Sequence record: ON529860.1
Length of the DNA stretch: 64,000 nt
Reading direction: 5' to 3' (one strand)
Position numbers and translations under genes: made by a program. Positions 22,218-32,140 of the stretch are shown here, piece after piece (the first letter of the stretch is position 1; each line of letters opens with the position of its first letter). Under the pieces are notes generated by a model that did not search any database, was not told where the DNA came from, and saw only the letters and a program-made list of their open reading frames with translations.

Positions 22218-23783
22218 ATGACCGCCACCACCGCCACGCCGCCGGCGCCCGCCGCTATGCCGATCGCCTTCATGATCGGCAAGGAGCGCGTCAGCTTCGT
22301 GCTGAACTCCCGCCACCGCTCCTACCACCTGAAGTCGCAACAAGGTCAGGACCTCGTCGCCCTGCTGCGCGCCGAGCCGCAAGACGTCGAACGCATCGGT
22401 GAACTGGCCGACATCATCACCTATATCGCCAAGCAGTCGAACGGGCGCGTGACGGTGGATGACTGCGACCGCCTGCGTCTGGACGGCAAGTTGATCGACT
22501 ACGGCCTGTCGGGGCGCATGGCCCAGGTCGTTGAGGCGGGCGTGCCGTTCGACGCGCTCAGCCGCTTCATCGAGAAGGTGTCCGAGAACCCCGACAAGAC
22601 CGTGGCGGAAGACCTTTATCGCTTCATGGAGAAGGGCGGCATCCCGCTCACCCCGGACGGCAACATCCTGGTCTTCAAGAAGGTTGACCCGAACTACTAT
22701 TCCTACGCCTCGGGCACGACGATGGCGCGCGCCACCCTGGCTGACGGCACCGTCAAGGAGATGACCGGCAAGGTCCTCTACCCGTTGGGGGGCTATGTCG
22801 AGATGGATCGCGAGGATTGCGATCCGAACCGCCAGCGCACCTGCTCCAAGGGCCTGCACGGCTGCTCGCCGGAATACCTGAACTTCTGGTACAAGCAGGC
22901 CGGCATCGTCCTGATCGGCGAGGTCGACCCCAAGGACGTCACCGCCATCCCGGCGGACCACAACGACCAGAAGCTGCGCTGCTGCCGCATGAAGATCGTC
23001 GGGGAAATCCCCGAGGACGACGCCAAGACCCACTTCCCCTCGGTGGTCGAGCGGCGCTATGAGACGTCCTACCCGACCTGGGACCTGTCGGACGACGGCC
23101 GCCGCGCCGGCGGTCCGGCGCTGGACGCCGAAGGCCGGACGCAGGCCTGGATCAAACGCGATGCCGTCATGATCTGGGGCGTGGAAGGCGCGTCGGACGA
23201 CGAGGGCTCCGCGCCCACGGCGCCGGCGGACGCCGTCAACGACCGCGCCCCCGCCGAGCCGGAGGCCCATACGCCGCTCCAGTTCGTCGCCACGGACGAG
23301 GACGACAACGAGTTCGACGCCTGGGGCTGCGGCGAGGGCGAGGGGCTCATCGCCGGGCGTCAGGACAAGGCGAACGGCTATCCGGCCGACGACACCATCC
23401 TCAGTGAACCGCGCAACCTCGACGCTGACGACCTGAAATTCTATCGTGAGGGTTACGCCGACGGCTATGCCAGGGGTTACGCCGAGCCCGCCGACGAGAC
23501 CCTGGCTGACGCCGACGGCGAAGGTCGCTGGACCCTGGCGCGTGTGCTCCAGGAGGCCCGCAAGGCGGGGTCGGACGAGGCCAAGAACAATGCGGTCGCG
23601 GACCTGGACTACACCAACGACCCCTGGGACGCCAACGCCCTGGCGACGTTGTCCGAGTGGCTGAACGACGTTCTGCCGGACGACGCCAATACGGAAGACC
23701 ACGCCTTCATCAAGGCGTTCGAGCGGGCCTACCGCGACGCCTACCATACGGCCTGGAACGCGCATGAGGACGCGGCCGCCTGA
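22218..23783 (+). CDS. rIIB: rIIB-like protein with acidic C-terminal extension
   Basis: L..F..K...NP....DLYRF...PLTPDG..L..K.V, CSKGLH, V.PKDV..IP.D....K.RCC.MKIV. Confidence 0.88.
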   Translation: MTATTATPPAPAAMPIAFMIGKERVSFVLNSRHRSYHLKSQQGQDLVALLRAEPQDVERIGELADIITYIAKQSNGRVTVDDCDRLRLDGKLIDYGLSGRMAQVVEAGVPFDALSRFIEKVSENPDKTVAEDLYRFMEKGGIPLTPDGNILVFKKVDPNYYSYASGTTMARATLADGTVKEMTGKVLYPLGGYVEMDREDCDPNRQRTCSKGLHGCSPEYLNFWYKQAGIVLIGEVDPKDVTAIPADHNDQKLRCCRMKIVGEIPEDDAKTHFPSVVERRYETSYPTWDLSDDGRRAGGPALDAEGRTQAWIKRDAVMIWGVEGASDDEGSAPTAPADAVNDRAPAEPEAHTPLQFVATDEDDNEFDAWGCGEGEGLIAGRQDKANGYPADDTILSEPRNLDADDLKFYREGYADGYARGYAEPADETLADADGEGRWTLARVLQEARKAGSDEAKNNAVADLDYTNDPWDANALATLSEWLNDVLPDDANTEDHAFIKAFERAYRDAYHTAWNAHEDAAA

Positions 23784-24187
23784 TGCCGGTCCTGTTCCAG
23801 AAGATCGTCAAGCGCGAGGACCTGCGGCGTAATCCGCAGGTGCTCTACGTGTTCGGCGACAACGTCCAGCGCGTGGGTCTGGGCGGCCAGGCCGGCGAGA
23901 TGCGGCGCGAGGTCAACGCCGTCGGTGTGGCGACGAAATACTCGCCCGCCGACTACTTCGGCGAAGACCCCGCCGAGGTCGCGGCGCAGAACCGGATCAT
24001 CGACCAGGATATGCGGCCCTTGTTCGAGAAGGTGAACCAGGGCGGCATCGTCGTCTGGCCCGCCGACGGGATCGGCACCGGCCTGGCGGACCTGCCGCGT
24101 GTGGCGCCCTCGACCTTCGCCTACCTCAACCAGAAACTGGCGGCCCTGCTGAAGGCGGCCGACCTGTTCGACAAGGAGACGGCATGA
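23783..24187 (+). CDS. Phage VFGDN/GGQA-family protein (possibly Macro-like)
   Basis: YVFGDN.QR.G.GGQA..R...NAVG..TK, WP..GIGTG.A. Confidence 0.55.
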   Translation: MPVLFQKIVKREDLRRNPQVLYVFGDNVQRVGLGGQAGEMRREVNAVGVATKYSPADYFGEDPAEVAAQNRIIDQDMRPLFEKVNQGGIVVWPADGIGTGLADLPRVAPSTFAYLNQKLAALLKAADLFDKETA

Positions 24188-26136
24188 CCTTGCCCGCCCT
24201 GACCGTGGATCACTACGGACGCGCCGCCGAGCGCGCCAAGCCGGTGCTGAAGCGCGGCGACAAGGTCTACATGATCGCGCACGGCGCCGACGGCAACGGC
24301 TTCGCCACCTACACCTTCGACCACTGGGACGAACACTCGCCCGGCGGCGACTTCTTCGTGTCGAAGTCGGGGATCGACGAACTGCATCCCTTCAACATCG
24401 CACGCCTCAACGGCGCGACGATCAGCTTCCGGGACGAGGGTCATGTCGCGGTCTGAGCCTGAAGAAAATCCGTTCGATTCCATCCACGCCTGCATCGCCT
24501 TCTCGCCGCACGACTGGTCCCAGCACCACCGTATGGCGTGGATTTACGGCATCGTGTGCGGCTGGGACGCCGCGTCGATGAAGACGGTGGCGGCCAAGCA
24601 CCGCTGGGGACCGGATGAAGTCGCGCGTCTGAAGCGGCTGCACATCCGCTACCAGGCGCAGAAGAAGGACGCCTGACATGGCGAACTACTGGAGCCCGCT
24701 CTTCTACACCAAGGCGGACTACGACGGGTTCATGGTCCCGGCGGCCGAGGGCGGCCGAGGCCCCGACAACGCGCGCCACGAACTGGGGCTGGAGATCGAC
24801 CACCACGCCGGCATGAAGACGGTGGTGCTGCTGCCGGGCGAGAGCGTCGAGCAGGCCGCCTATCGCGCCATGCGTGAGAGCCACGCCTTCCTGACCGACG
24901 ACAATCACGCCTGGGAGGTCGTTCCGGGCCAGCAGGCGCACTGGATGTCGCGCCTGCGGGTCATCAAGAACGAAAAGTCCGGCTACTTCACCCGCATCCC
25001 CGGCCTGTCGTGGATGATCCTGGAGGACGGACCTGGCGCCCACTGGTTCGACATGCACTTTCGCCTCGCCACCGTCGGCATGATCGCCGCCGAGATCGAG
25101 GCGGACCGAGTGTCGTCCTTGAAGTATGACGCCGAGGCGGACGCCTGCAACGATTCCATCCGGGGCCGCAAGCGCGCCCGGACGGCGCGCAATTGCGCCC
25201 ATTCGGCCCGGTTTCGCGGCGAGGTCGCGCCGGGGCGGCGCTGGCCGAACCACTTCCCCCGCGAGGCGGCGTGATGAAGGTCGTCTTGCTGGACCCTGCG
25301 GGCGTCGTTGTCGGTTATACGGCGGTGGCGCCCTTGCCGGCCGAGGCCCCGCAGCAAATCCCCGACCTGCTGGAGCATCGCCACGTCTTCTACGCCCTGC
25401 AACCGCGCGAAGCCTATCCTGAGGCCTTGTGGAATTGCGAAGCGGCCTTTAAGGAAGTCATCTGCGGCGACATCACGACCCCGGTCTATGCCGACAAGGT
25501 CGACGGTCTGGCGCTGAGGACGCTGGAAGGCCTGAAGTGGTTTCTGTCGCAACCGCGCGACGTCGTCCTGATCGATGATCCGCAGACGGAGGCCGTAGTT
25601 GCTCGGGGTGAAGCCCTTCTGGCGGCGACGACGCCTCTGCGCCCACACAACGCTCAGGTCCTTCAGGACCTCCGCGTCGCAGTCGCCGAGGCCCGCTACT
25701 GGATGAAACCCGACCCCGGCACCGCCAGGGCCGTGGTCCAGGCGCGCGATCGTCGCCACATCGCTGGCGCCCGGACGGACTTCGCCAAGGCGTTGCTCCA
25801 CACACGAGACGAGAGACCCTGATGAACTGGATCATGAACGGGCAGGACCCTGACGCACCGCGCGGGCCGTGTCGCCGTCGATACCTGCCGATCGCCTTGG
25901 CGGCGGCCGCCGCCCTGTCGGGCTGCAAGGGCGTGGCCGAGGAAATCCACGCCGTCGGATTGCAGGCCCGCGACGATCTGATCGCGGGGAACACCTACCA
26001 CTACGACCCCCGCGTGAACCTCTGTTTCGCGGTCGGGGCCTACGCCCGTACCGGCAACTTCACCGACAATCTGACCCAGACCTATGTGCCATGCACCGAC
26101 GAGGTCATGGCCCAAGCCCTGAAAGACGCTCCGTGA
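24184..26136 (+). CDS. Five small ORFs (24184-24456, 24443-24676, 24678-25274, 25274-25822, 25822-26136). The last is lipoprotein-like
   Basis: Translational coupling. Lipobox-like LSGC in the last ORF. Confidence 0.6.
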
Positions 26137-26990
26137 GTTACATCGCCCCCGTCCTGCCGCACGACGTCTACGGCGAGGCCAATGTGCGCCTCGGCCGCGT
26201 AGAGGCTGAAGAGAACGTCACCATCCTGTTCGCGGTGGAGTCCGGGTCGCGCGCCTGGGGCTTCCCTTCGCCCGACAGCGACAACGACGTGCGCTTCTTC
26301 TACGTGCGCCCGATCAGTCACTACCTGGGCCTGGAGTCTCCGCGCGACGTGATCGAACGTCCGATCGAGGACCCGTGGGACCTGAACGGCTGGGACCTGC
26401 GCAAGGCGCTGCAACTGCTGGTCAAGGGCAACGCCACCGCCATGGAATGGCTGTCGAGCCCGCTGATCTATCGTGAGCACGGCCCGCTGCCGGCGCGCCT
26501 GCGCGACCTGATCAAGCGGCACGCCTCGCCGGAATCCAGCGCGCGACACTACTTCGGCCTGACCCGGCAATGCTACGCCGGCGAAATCAGCAACCGGCCG
26601 ACCGCCGCCCAGAACGCCCAGAACGAGGCTGACGGCGTCATCGTCAAGGGCCTGACCCAGGTCAACCTGAAGAAGTACCTCTATGCGGTGCGCGGCGCCA
26701 TGTCGATCGCCTGGATCGCCCGCTACAAGGAGGTGCCGCCGATGACGATGCCGGCTCTGATGAGCCACGCCGTGGCCTCCGAAGCCGTCGCGGCCGAGAT
26801 CACCACCCTGCTGCGGCGCAAGTCGACCATGGGCGAGTTCGGTCACGGCGACCGCATCGCGGTGCTGGATGAGTTCATCGAAGCCCAAATGGAATGGGTC
26901 AAGGCCCAGGGCTTCGACCGGCTGCCGATGAGCGAGGCCTTCGCCGCCGAGGCCGAACAGCTTCTGCTCGACGCCCTGGGGATCGGCTGA
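26133..26990 (+). CDS. Predicted nucleotidyltransferase (YcgL/RlaP-like)
   Basis: AVESGSRAWGFPSPDSDNDVRF, GWDLRKAL.L..K.N....EWL.SP, KKYLY. Confidence 0.85.
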   Translation: MSYIAPVLPHDVYGEANVRLGRVEAEENVTILFAVESGSRAWGFPSPDSDNDVRFFYVRPISHYLGLESPRDVIERPIEDPWDLNGWDLRKALQLLVKGNATAMEWLSSPLIYREHGPLPARLRDLIKRHASPESSARHYFGLTRQCYAGEISNRPTAAQNAQNEADGVIVKGLTQVNLKKYLYAVRGAMSIAWIARYKEVPPMTMPALMSHAVASEAVAAEITTLLRRKSTMGEFGHGDRIAVLDEFIEAQMEWVKAQGFDRLPMSEAFAAEAEQLLLDALGIG

Positions 26991-29758
26991 TGGGGATGCT
27001 TCGTCTGCGCATCGTCGAGGTCGGCGCCGAAGGCGGCTTCCTGATCGAGCGGCGCCGGTGGTGGGGATGGGACGCCGTCGCCGTGCATGATTCTGTGTCC
27101 GAAGCCCATGACGACGCGATCACCATGGGCGTGATGTGGCGGCGGGTCCGAGGCTACGCGGATACGGCCCGCGTGCGCATCGTTGCGAACCACGCCTACG
27201 CATGAGCGCCCAGGCCATTCATCTGCTGGCGTTGATCGTGCTGTTTCCGGCCACGATCGCGTCGTTCGTCTGGTTCCTCATGGCGTGGGGATTCAGGGGC
27301 GGCTTCGGCGTCACCTGGCGCTCGGTCATCCTGTCCGGCGGCGTCTTCCTGACGCTGTTCATCGCCCTGGGCGTGGTCCTCTACCATCCCTACGCCCTGC
27401 CGAACCTCCTGTCCGGCATCGTCCTGCCGCCCAACCCCTTCAAGGTGTCCTAGCATGTTGACCGAGGTCTACTGCGCCCAGAAAACGATCGATGATCGCG
27501 GCGCGCTCGGCGCCGTCATCGGCTATTTCAGCACCGAACCCGCCGCCACCCTCGCGGCGGCGAAACAGGGCTGGTACGGCGGCGACGGTCGGGTCACGCG
27601 CTGCTGGATCATCGCCCATGAGGGCCGCTTCTATCCGATCGAACGGGGCATGGAGAAGGGCATGCCGCTCGCCCTGCTCGACCAGAACATCCCCGAGGAA
27701 ACCAAGCGCCTGCGCGCGGCGGCCTGGATCAAGGTCACCGAGGCGCTCAGCCCCGATGAACGAGACCTCCTGGGTCTCCAGGAGCCGAAGTCATGACCAA
27801 TCCCGTCGTCCTGATCGTCGAGGAGACGATCCAGCGCGCCTATAAGCTGGACCTCGACGATCCCGCCCACGTCGAAATGGTGGACCGGGTGCTGAACAAC
27901 CCCCTGGATCGACCGGCGGTGTTCGCCTTCGAGCGTCACACGCCGCCGGCCTTGTTGGGCAAGCGCGCCCTCAAGGGCAACCGCACGCCCTGGATCAGCG
28001 CCACGAATGCCAAGGGCCACCAGGTGCGCCTGGACCCGGACGCCGAACATGCCGTCAACTCGACGATGACGCTGTTGCACGTCGACGAGAAGGGCAAGGC
28101 CTACCACCAGGTCAAGGTGAAGCGCACCACGGTGGAACGCGGGCCGGTGAAGTCGTGATGGAATCCGACCTGCCCACGCCGGCGTTCCACACCTGCCGGG
28201 TGCGCCAGACGTTCCAAGGCACGCCGCCCGGCGTCATGACGCATGGCTATCGCGTCGAGCGGCGCTCGCGCTGGTGGCCGTTCTGGCGCGCCACCAAAGG
28301 CTTCTACGAGAGCCGTTCGGAGGCGATCGCCATGGCGCAGGCCTACGTGCTGGTCCAGGAGAGCCTCCACCGCGCCGTGCACGAGCCTGATGTTGTTTGG
28401 AGAGGTTGATATGCTTTGCCCTGAAAACGCCATGACGGTGGTCGGCGCGCCGCGCGACAAGAGCGGCCCGATCATCCTGCGCCTGCACGCCAGTCACTAC
28501 GCCCAGGCGGTGCAGGCGCTCCTGGAAGAGACGGCCGCCGACCTGCGCGACGACCTGAGCCCCGAGGAAGAGGCGGACCCGCAGGCCCAGGCGGACGCGG
28601 ACCACCAGGCCTGGAACGACGCCTGCGATCACTTCACCTCGGTGAAGGTCTATCGCGGACACCCGCTTGAAGGGTCGGACGTGGTGACGCCGCTCCAACT
28701 GATCCACGAGGAATAGATGCACCCTGGATTCTATGTCGTGCGGATGCCGAAGCACGGCGCCGGCAGCCGCTTGATTGTGGAGAGCCGACCGTTCCGAAAG
28801 ATCGCCTGGATCGAGGCGGAAGAGCCCGGCTACGCGCGCCGCCAGGCCGAAAGCTGGCGTGACTTCGTCCAGGACGAGCACCCCAAGGATGACGTCTTCG
28901 TCATCGAGCGTGAAGGCCCGATGGACGAATCCCCGCGTCCTCCTCGGCGGACGGACTGATGGAGCCGCCCTGCAAGAAACGCTTCCTGGCGAAGTCCATC
29001 CAGGACTTGGGGGAGTTCACGCGCCATTACGGCCTGACGCCGCCCGAGGGCCATGACCGGAGCCTGAAGGCTCTGGAGCAGAAATCCTGGGCGTGGTTCG
29101 CCAAATCGCTTCACGACGTCAGCGGCGAGATTTACAGCGCCAGCATCGACGCCTACTTGCGCCCGATGGATCGTCAGTGGGGCACGGCCATGGCGATCGC
29201 CTACGAGCCTGTGCGCGTCGGCGGGCTGGTCTTCATCTGGGACGCGCGTCCCTGTGGAAATCTGGATCGCTACTTGGACGCCGTCGGCGTCCTGGTGAAG
29301 ATCGATCGGGAGAAGAACCCCAACCGCCTTTACGAAGAGGACGGCGGACCCGCCAGTTGCGGTCAGCGCTACCACCTCCAGAAACTGGACGGGTCAACCG
29401 TCTCCTGGGGCAACTGCGCCCCGCGCAATGTGGTCTCACACCGGATCACCGAAATGAACCGACAGATCGTCAAGGACCTGGCAAGAGCCCGATGGCCGAC
29501 CCTCTGACCCCCGCCGAGATCGATGAAGGCTGGATGGCCGAGCCCTGCGGCTGCGCCTACCATCCCGGCTCCAGCACCCCGCGCGACCTCGGCGGCGGCA
29601 TGGTCGTGGTCAACGAAGGGTTCCGCCGCCGGTGGTGCCAGACGCACACCGATGAACTCATGCGCGATGGTGCGGCGCTGCGCTATCGGTTGTTCGAAGC
29701 GCCAGACGCGCCGGCGCCTAGCCCGATGGAACACTGGCTCCGGCGCAACCGCTGCTGA
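26990..29758 (+). CDS. Nine small hypothetical ORFs (26990-27205, 27202-27453, 27455-27796, 27793-28158, 28158-28409, 28411-28716, 28717-28959, 28959-29507, 29492-29758)
   Basis: Tight coupling and codon bias. No recognisable families. Confidence 0.6.
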
Positions 29759-29759
29759 C

Positions 29760-30230
29760 ATGGCGGTTCTCGACATCGGCTCATGGAAGCCCTGGCCCTC
29801 GGGCGCCCTGTCCAACTTCCCTCTCCACGCCTTCGTGTTCGAGGACGTCGAATGCGCCTCCATGGAGGGGCTGGTCCAGGCGTTCAAGTTCAACGAGCCC
29901 TACAAACAGGTCATCACCTGCAAGGCCGTGGGCGAGGCCGCCAAGAACATGGGACGGCGACGCAACCTGCACTGGCAGCGCGTCCAGACCCTGTGGTGGA
30001 AGTCGGACGCCTACGACCGCCACAGCCCCGAATACCAGGCGCTGCTGGATCGCGCCTACAACGCCCTGGCGACCAACCAAGACTTCCGCAACGCCTTGCT
30101 CGCGACGGGCGATCACTTCCTGACCCATTCGATCGGCGGACGTGATCCACACGAGACCATCCTGACCGAAGCCGAGTTCTGCACCCGGCTGATGCGGCTG
30201 CGCCGCGAAATCCGCGAAGGCCTGAGATGA
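29760..30230 (+). CDS. NADAR/YbiA-like protein
   Basis: LSNF..F.F....ASMEG..QA.KF, L.W....YDR, LLATG. Confidence 0.7.
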   Translation: MAVLDIGSWKPWPSGALSNFPLHAFVFEDVECASMEGLVQAFKFNEPYKQVITCKAVGEAAKNMGRRRNLHWQRVQTLWWKSDAYDRHSPEYQALLDRAYNALATNQDFRNALLATGDHFLTHSIGGRDPHETILTEAEFCTRLMRLRREIREGLR

Positions 30231-30481
30231 CCGCTCCTTGCATCTATCTTACGGCCCCGGCCGAACTGCATGAGGCCAAGCGCTTTGGCGACGGTTGGCG
30301 CCAGGTGGCGCAGCCGGAGCGCTTCCTGTGCGCCTGGGCCACCTACCACGAGGACGCCGTCACGGCGCTGTCGAAGGCGCCGCCCTGGCTGGTGACCAAT
30401 GCGCTCGCCGGGCACCTGGTGCGCGCCGACAAGGATTGCCCGCGCTGCCCCTACTACAAGGCCGGCGATCCGGTCGAATAG
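30227..30481 (+). CDS. Hypothetical protein
   Basis: ATGA overlap, C-terminal CPRCP. Confidence 0.55.
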   Translation: MTAPCIYLTAPAELHEAKRFGDGWRQVAQPERFLCAWATYHEDAVTALSKAPPWLVTNALAGHLVRADKDCPRCPYYKAGDPVE

Positions 30482-30501
30482 CCGTAAATCCTGACATCTT
30501 C

Positions 30502-30541
30502 TGCCGTATTTCTTGACACCTACGGCGGCGTTAACCATAGT
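30502..30541 (+). promoter_or_regulatory. TGCCGT-N5-TTGACA-17-CATAGT promoter (partial tandem copy at 30480-30496)
   Basis: Direct reading. Motif recurs elsewhere in the window. Confidence 0.7.
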
Positions 30542-30574
30542 CCGAGGCTTGAACCCCCGACCTCAGGACTAGCC

Positions 30575-31777
30575 GTGAGCACCTTTGCTGTTCCGATCCT
30601 CGCGATCGACGACGTCTACGATCACCCCAACGCTGATCGCCTCTCCATCATCCGCATTCGCGGCTACGAAGCCGTCGCCGGCAAGGCCGAGGACGGATCG
30701 CACCGCTTCGTAAAGGGGGAGCGCATCATCTACGTGCCCGAGGGCGCGGTGGTGCCGGCCGCGCACCTGAAGGCGCGGGGCTACTGGAACGAGGCCAAGG
30801 ACATCGGCCTGCTGGCGGGAACCAAGGGCAACCGCGTCAAGGCGATCACCCTGCGTGGCGTGCTGAGCCAGGGCCTGGTGTGGAAGACCGAGGCCCCTAT
30901 TAACGGGAATGCCGTTGATGCCCCGTTGTCGCTCCTTCACGGCCACGGAGAGAATGGCGTGCCGCAAGTTCGGCTGGCTGCGCTAGGCGACGACGTCGCC
31001 GACTTCTTCGGCATCACCAAGTACGATCCGCCCATCCCGCCGGGCCTGGACGGCGACGTCTTTGGCCTGTTCGAGGCGATGTTCAACTACGACATCGAGA
31101 ACGCCAAGGCCTTCCCGAACCTGTTCACCGAGGACGACGTCGTCACGGTGACGGAGAAGCTGCACGGCACCTTCTGCCGGATGACCTACATGCCCGGCAT
31201 CGAGCCGCGCGACGATCTGTTCGGCGACGGCCGCGTGGCGATCACCTCCAAGGGCCTGGGCGCCGACGGCCTGGTGTTCAAGAACACCGCCTTCAACCGT
31301 CAGAAGAACGTCTACGTCCGCAACATGCTGCCGCTGGTGGACCACTTCGTCTCGGCCTGCAACCAGGACGCCAAGGGCCTGACCGTCCACCTGATGGGCG
31401 AGGTTTACGGCGCTGGCGTGCAGGACCTCAAGTACGGCCGCACCGAAGACCAGGGCTTCGCCGCCTTCGACGTCTGGATCGAGAAGTCGGGCTTCCTGGC
31501 CGAGGTCGAGAAGGACTACGCCTGCATCGCCTTCGGGGTGGAGCGGGTGCCGGTGCTGTTCGAGGGCTTCTACGACAAGGCGCTGATCGAAGACTTCGCC
31601 AAGGGCGACACCACGATCGACGGCGCCGAGAACATCCGCGAGGGCGTCGTCGTGACCCTGACCGGCGAGCAGGACAAACGCCCTGACGGCAACGGCCTGG
31701 GCGGCACCCTGCGCCCGATCTGCAAGGTCGTGTCGGAAGCCTACCTGACCCGCAAGGGCGGGACCGAACTGCAATAG
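30575..31777 (+). CDS. RNA ligase, DRB0094/Rnl2-like family
   Basis: N-terminal HPNADRL..YVPEG..LRG.LSQGL. TEKLHGT adenylylation motif, GEVYG, AAFDV, REGVV, KVVS..YL. Confidence 0.85.
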   Translation: MSTFAVPILAIDDVYDHPNADRLSIIRIRGYEAVAGKAEDGSHRFVKGERIIYVPEGAVVPAAHLKARGYWNEAKDIGLLAGTKGNRVKAITLRGVLSQGLVWKTEAPINGNAVDAPLSLLHGHGENGVPQVRLAALGDDVADFFGITKYDPPIPPGLDGDVFGLFEAMFNYDIENAKAFPNLFTEDDVVTVTEKLHGTFCRMTYMPGIEPRDDLFGDGRVAITSKGLGADGLVFKNTAFNRQKNVYVRNMLPLVDHFVSACNQDAKGLTVHLMGEVYGAGVQDLKYGRTEDQGFAAFDVWIEKSGFLAEVEKDYACIAFGVERVPVLFEGFYDKALIEDFAKGDTTIDGAENIREGVVVTLTGEQDKRPDGNGLGGTLRPICKVVSEAYLTRKGGTELQ

Positions 31778-31792
31778 GAGTCACGTTTTCCG

Positions 31793-32137
31793 ATGCAGTC
31801 GCTTCAGGACGGCCTGGTTGAATGGGCCACCTACGCCTTCGGGCGTGAAACGATCGACGACCAGCGCCAGCGCGCCATGCGCTGCCTGGAAGAGGCGGTC
31901 GAACTGGCCCAGGCCCTGGGTGTGGATGAGGCGGCCTGCCACCGGCAGGTCGTCCACACCTATGGCCGCCCCGTCGGCGATCCCGCCCAGGAGGTCGCCG
32001 GCGTCATCAACGGCGCTCTGATGGCGGCCGAGAGCATCGGCGTCGACGGCCTGCTGGTCGCCGAGGCTGAACTGGAGCGGGTCTGGCTCTGCGTGGACGA
32101 CATCCGGGTCAAGCAACTGGCGAAGGTTCAGCCTTAA
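31793..32137 (+). CDS. MazG-like all-alpha NTP pyrophosphatase
   Basis: LEEAVEL ... QEVAGV helical acidic motifs. Confidence 0.6.
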   Translation: MQSLQDGLVEWATYAFGRETIDDQRQRAMRCLEEAVELAQALGVDEAACHRQVVHTYGRPVGDPAQEVAGVINGALMAAESIGVDGLLVAEAELERVWLCVDDIRVKQLAKVQP

Positions 32138-32140
32138 GCC

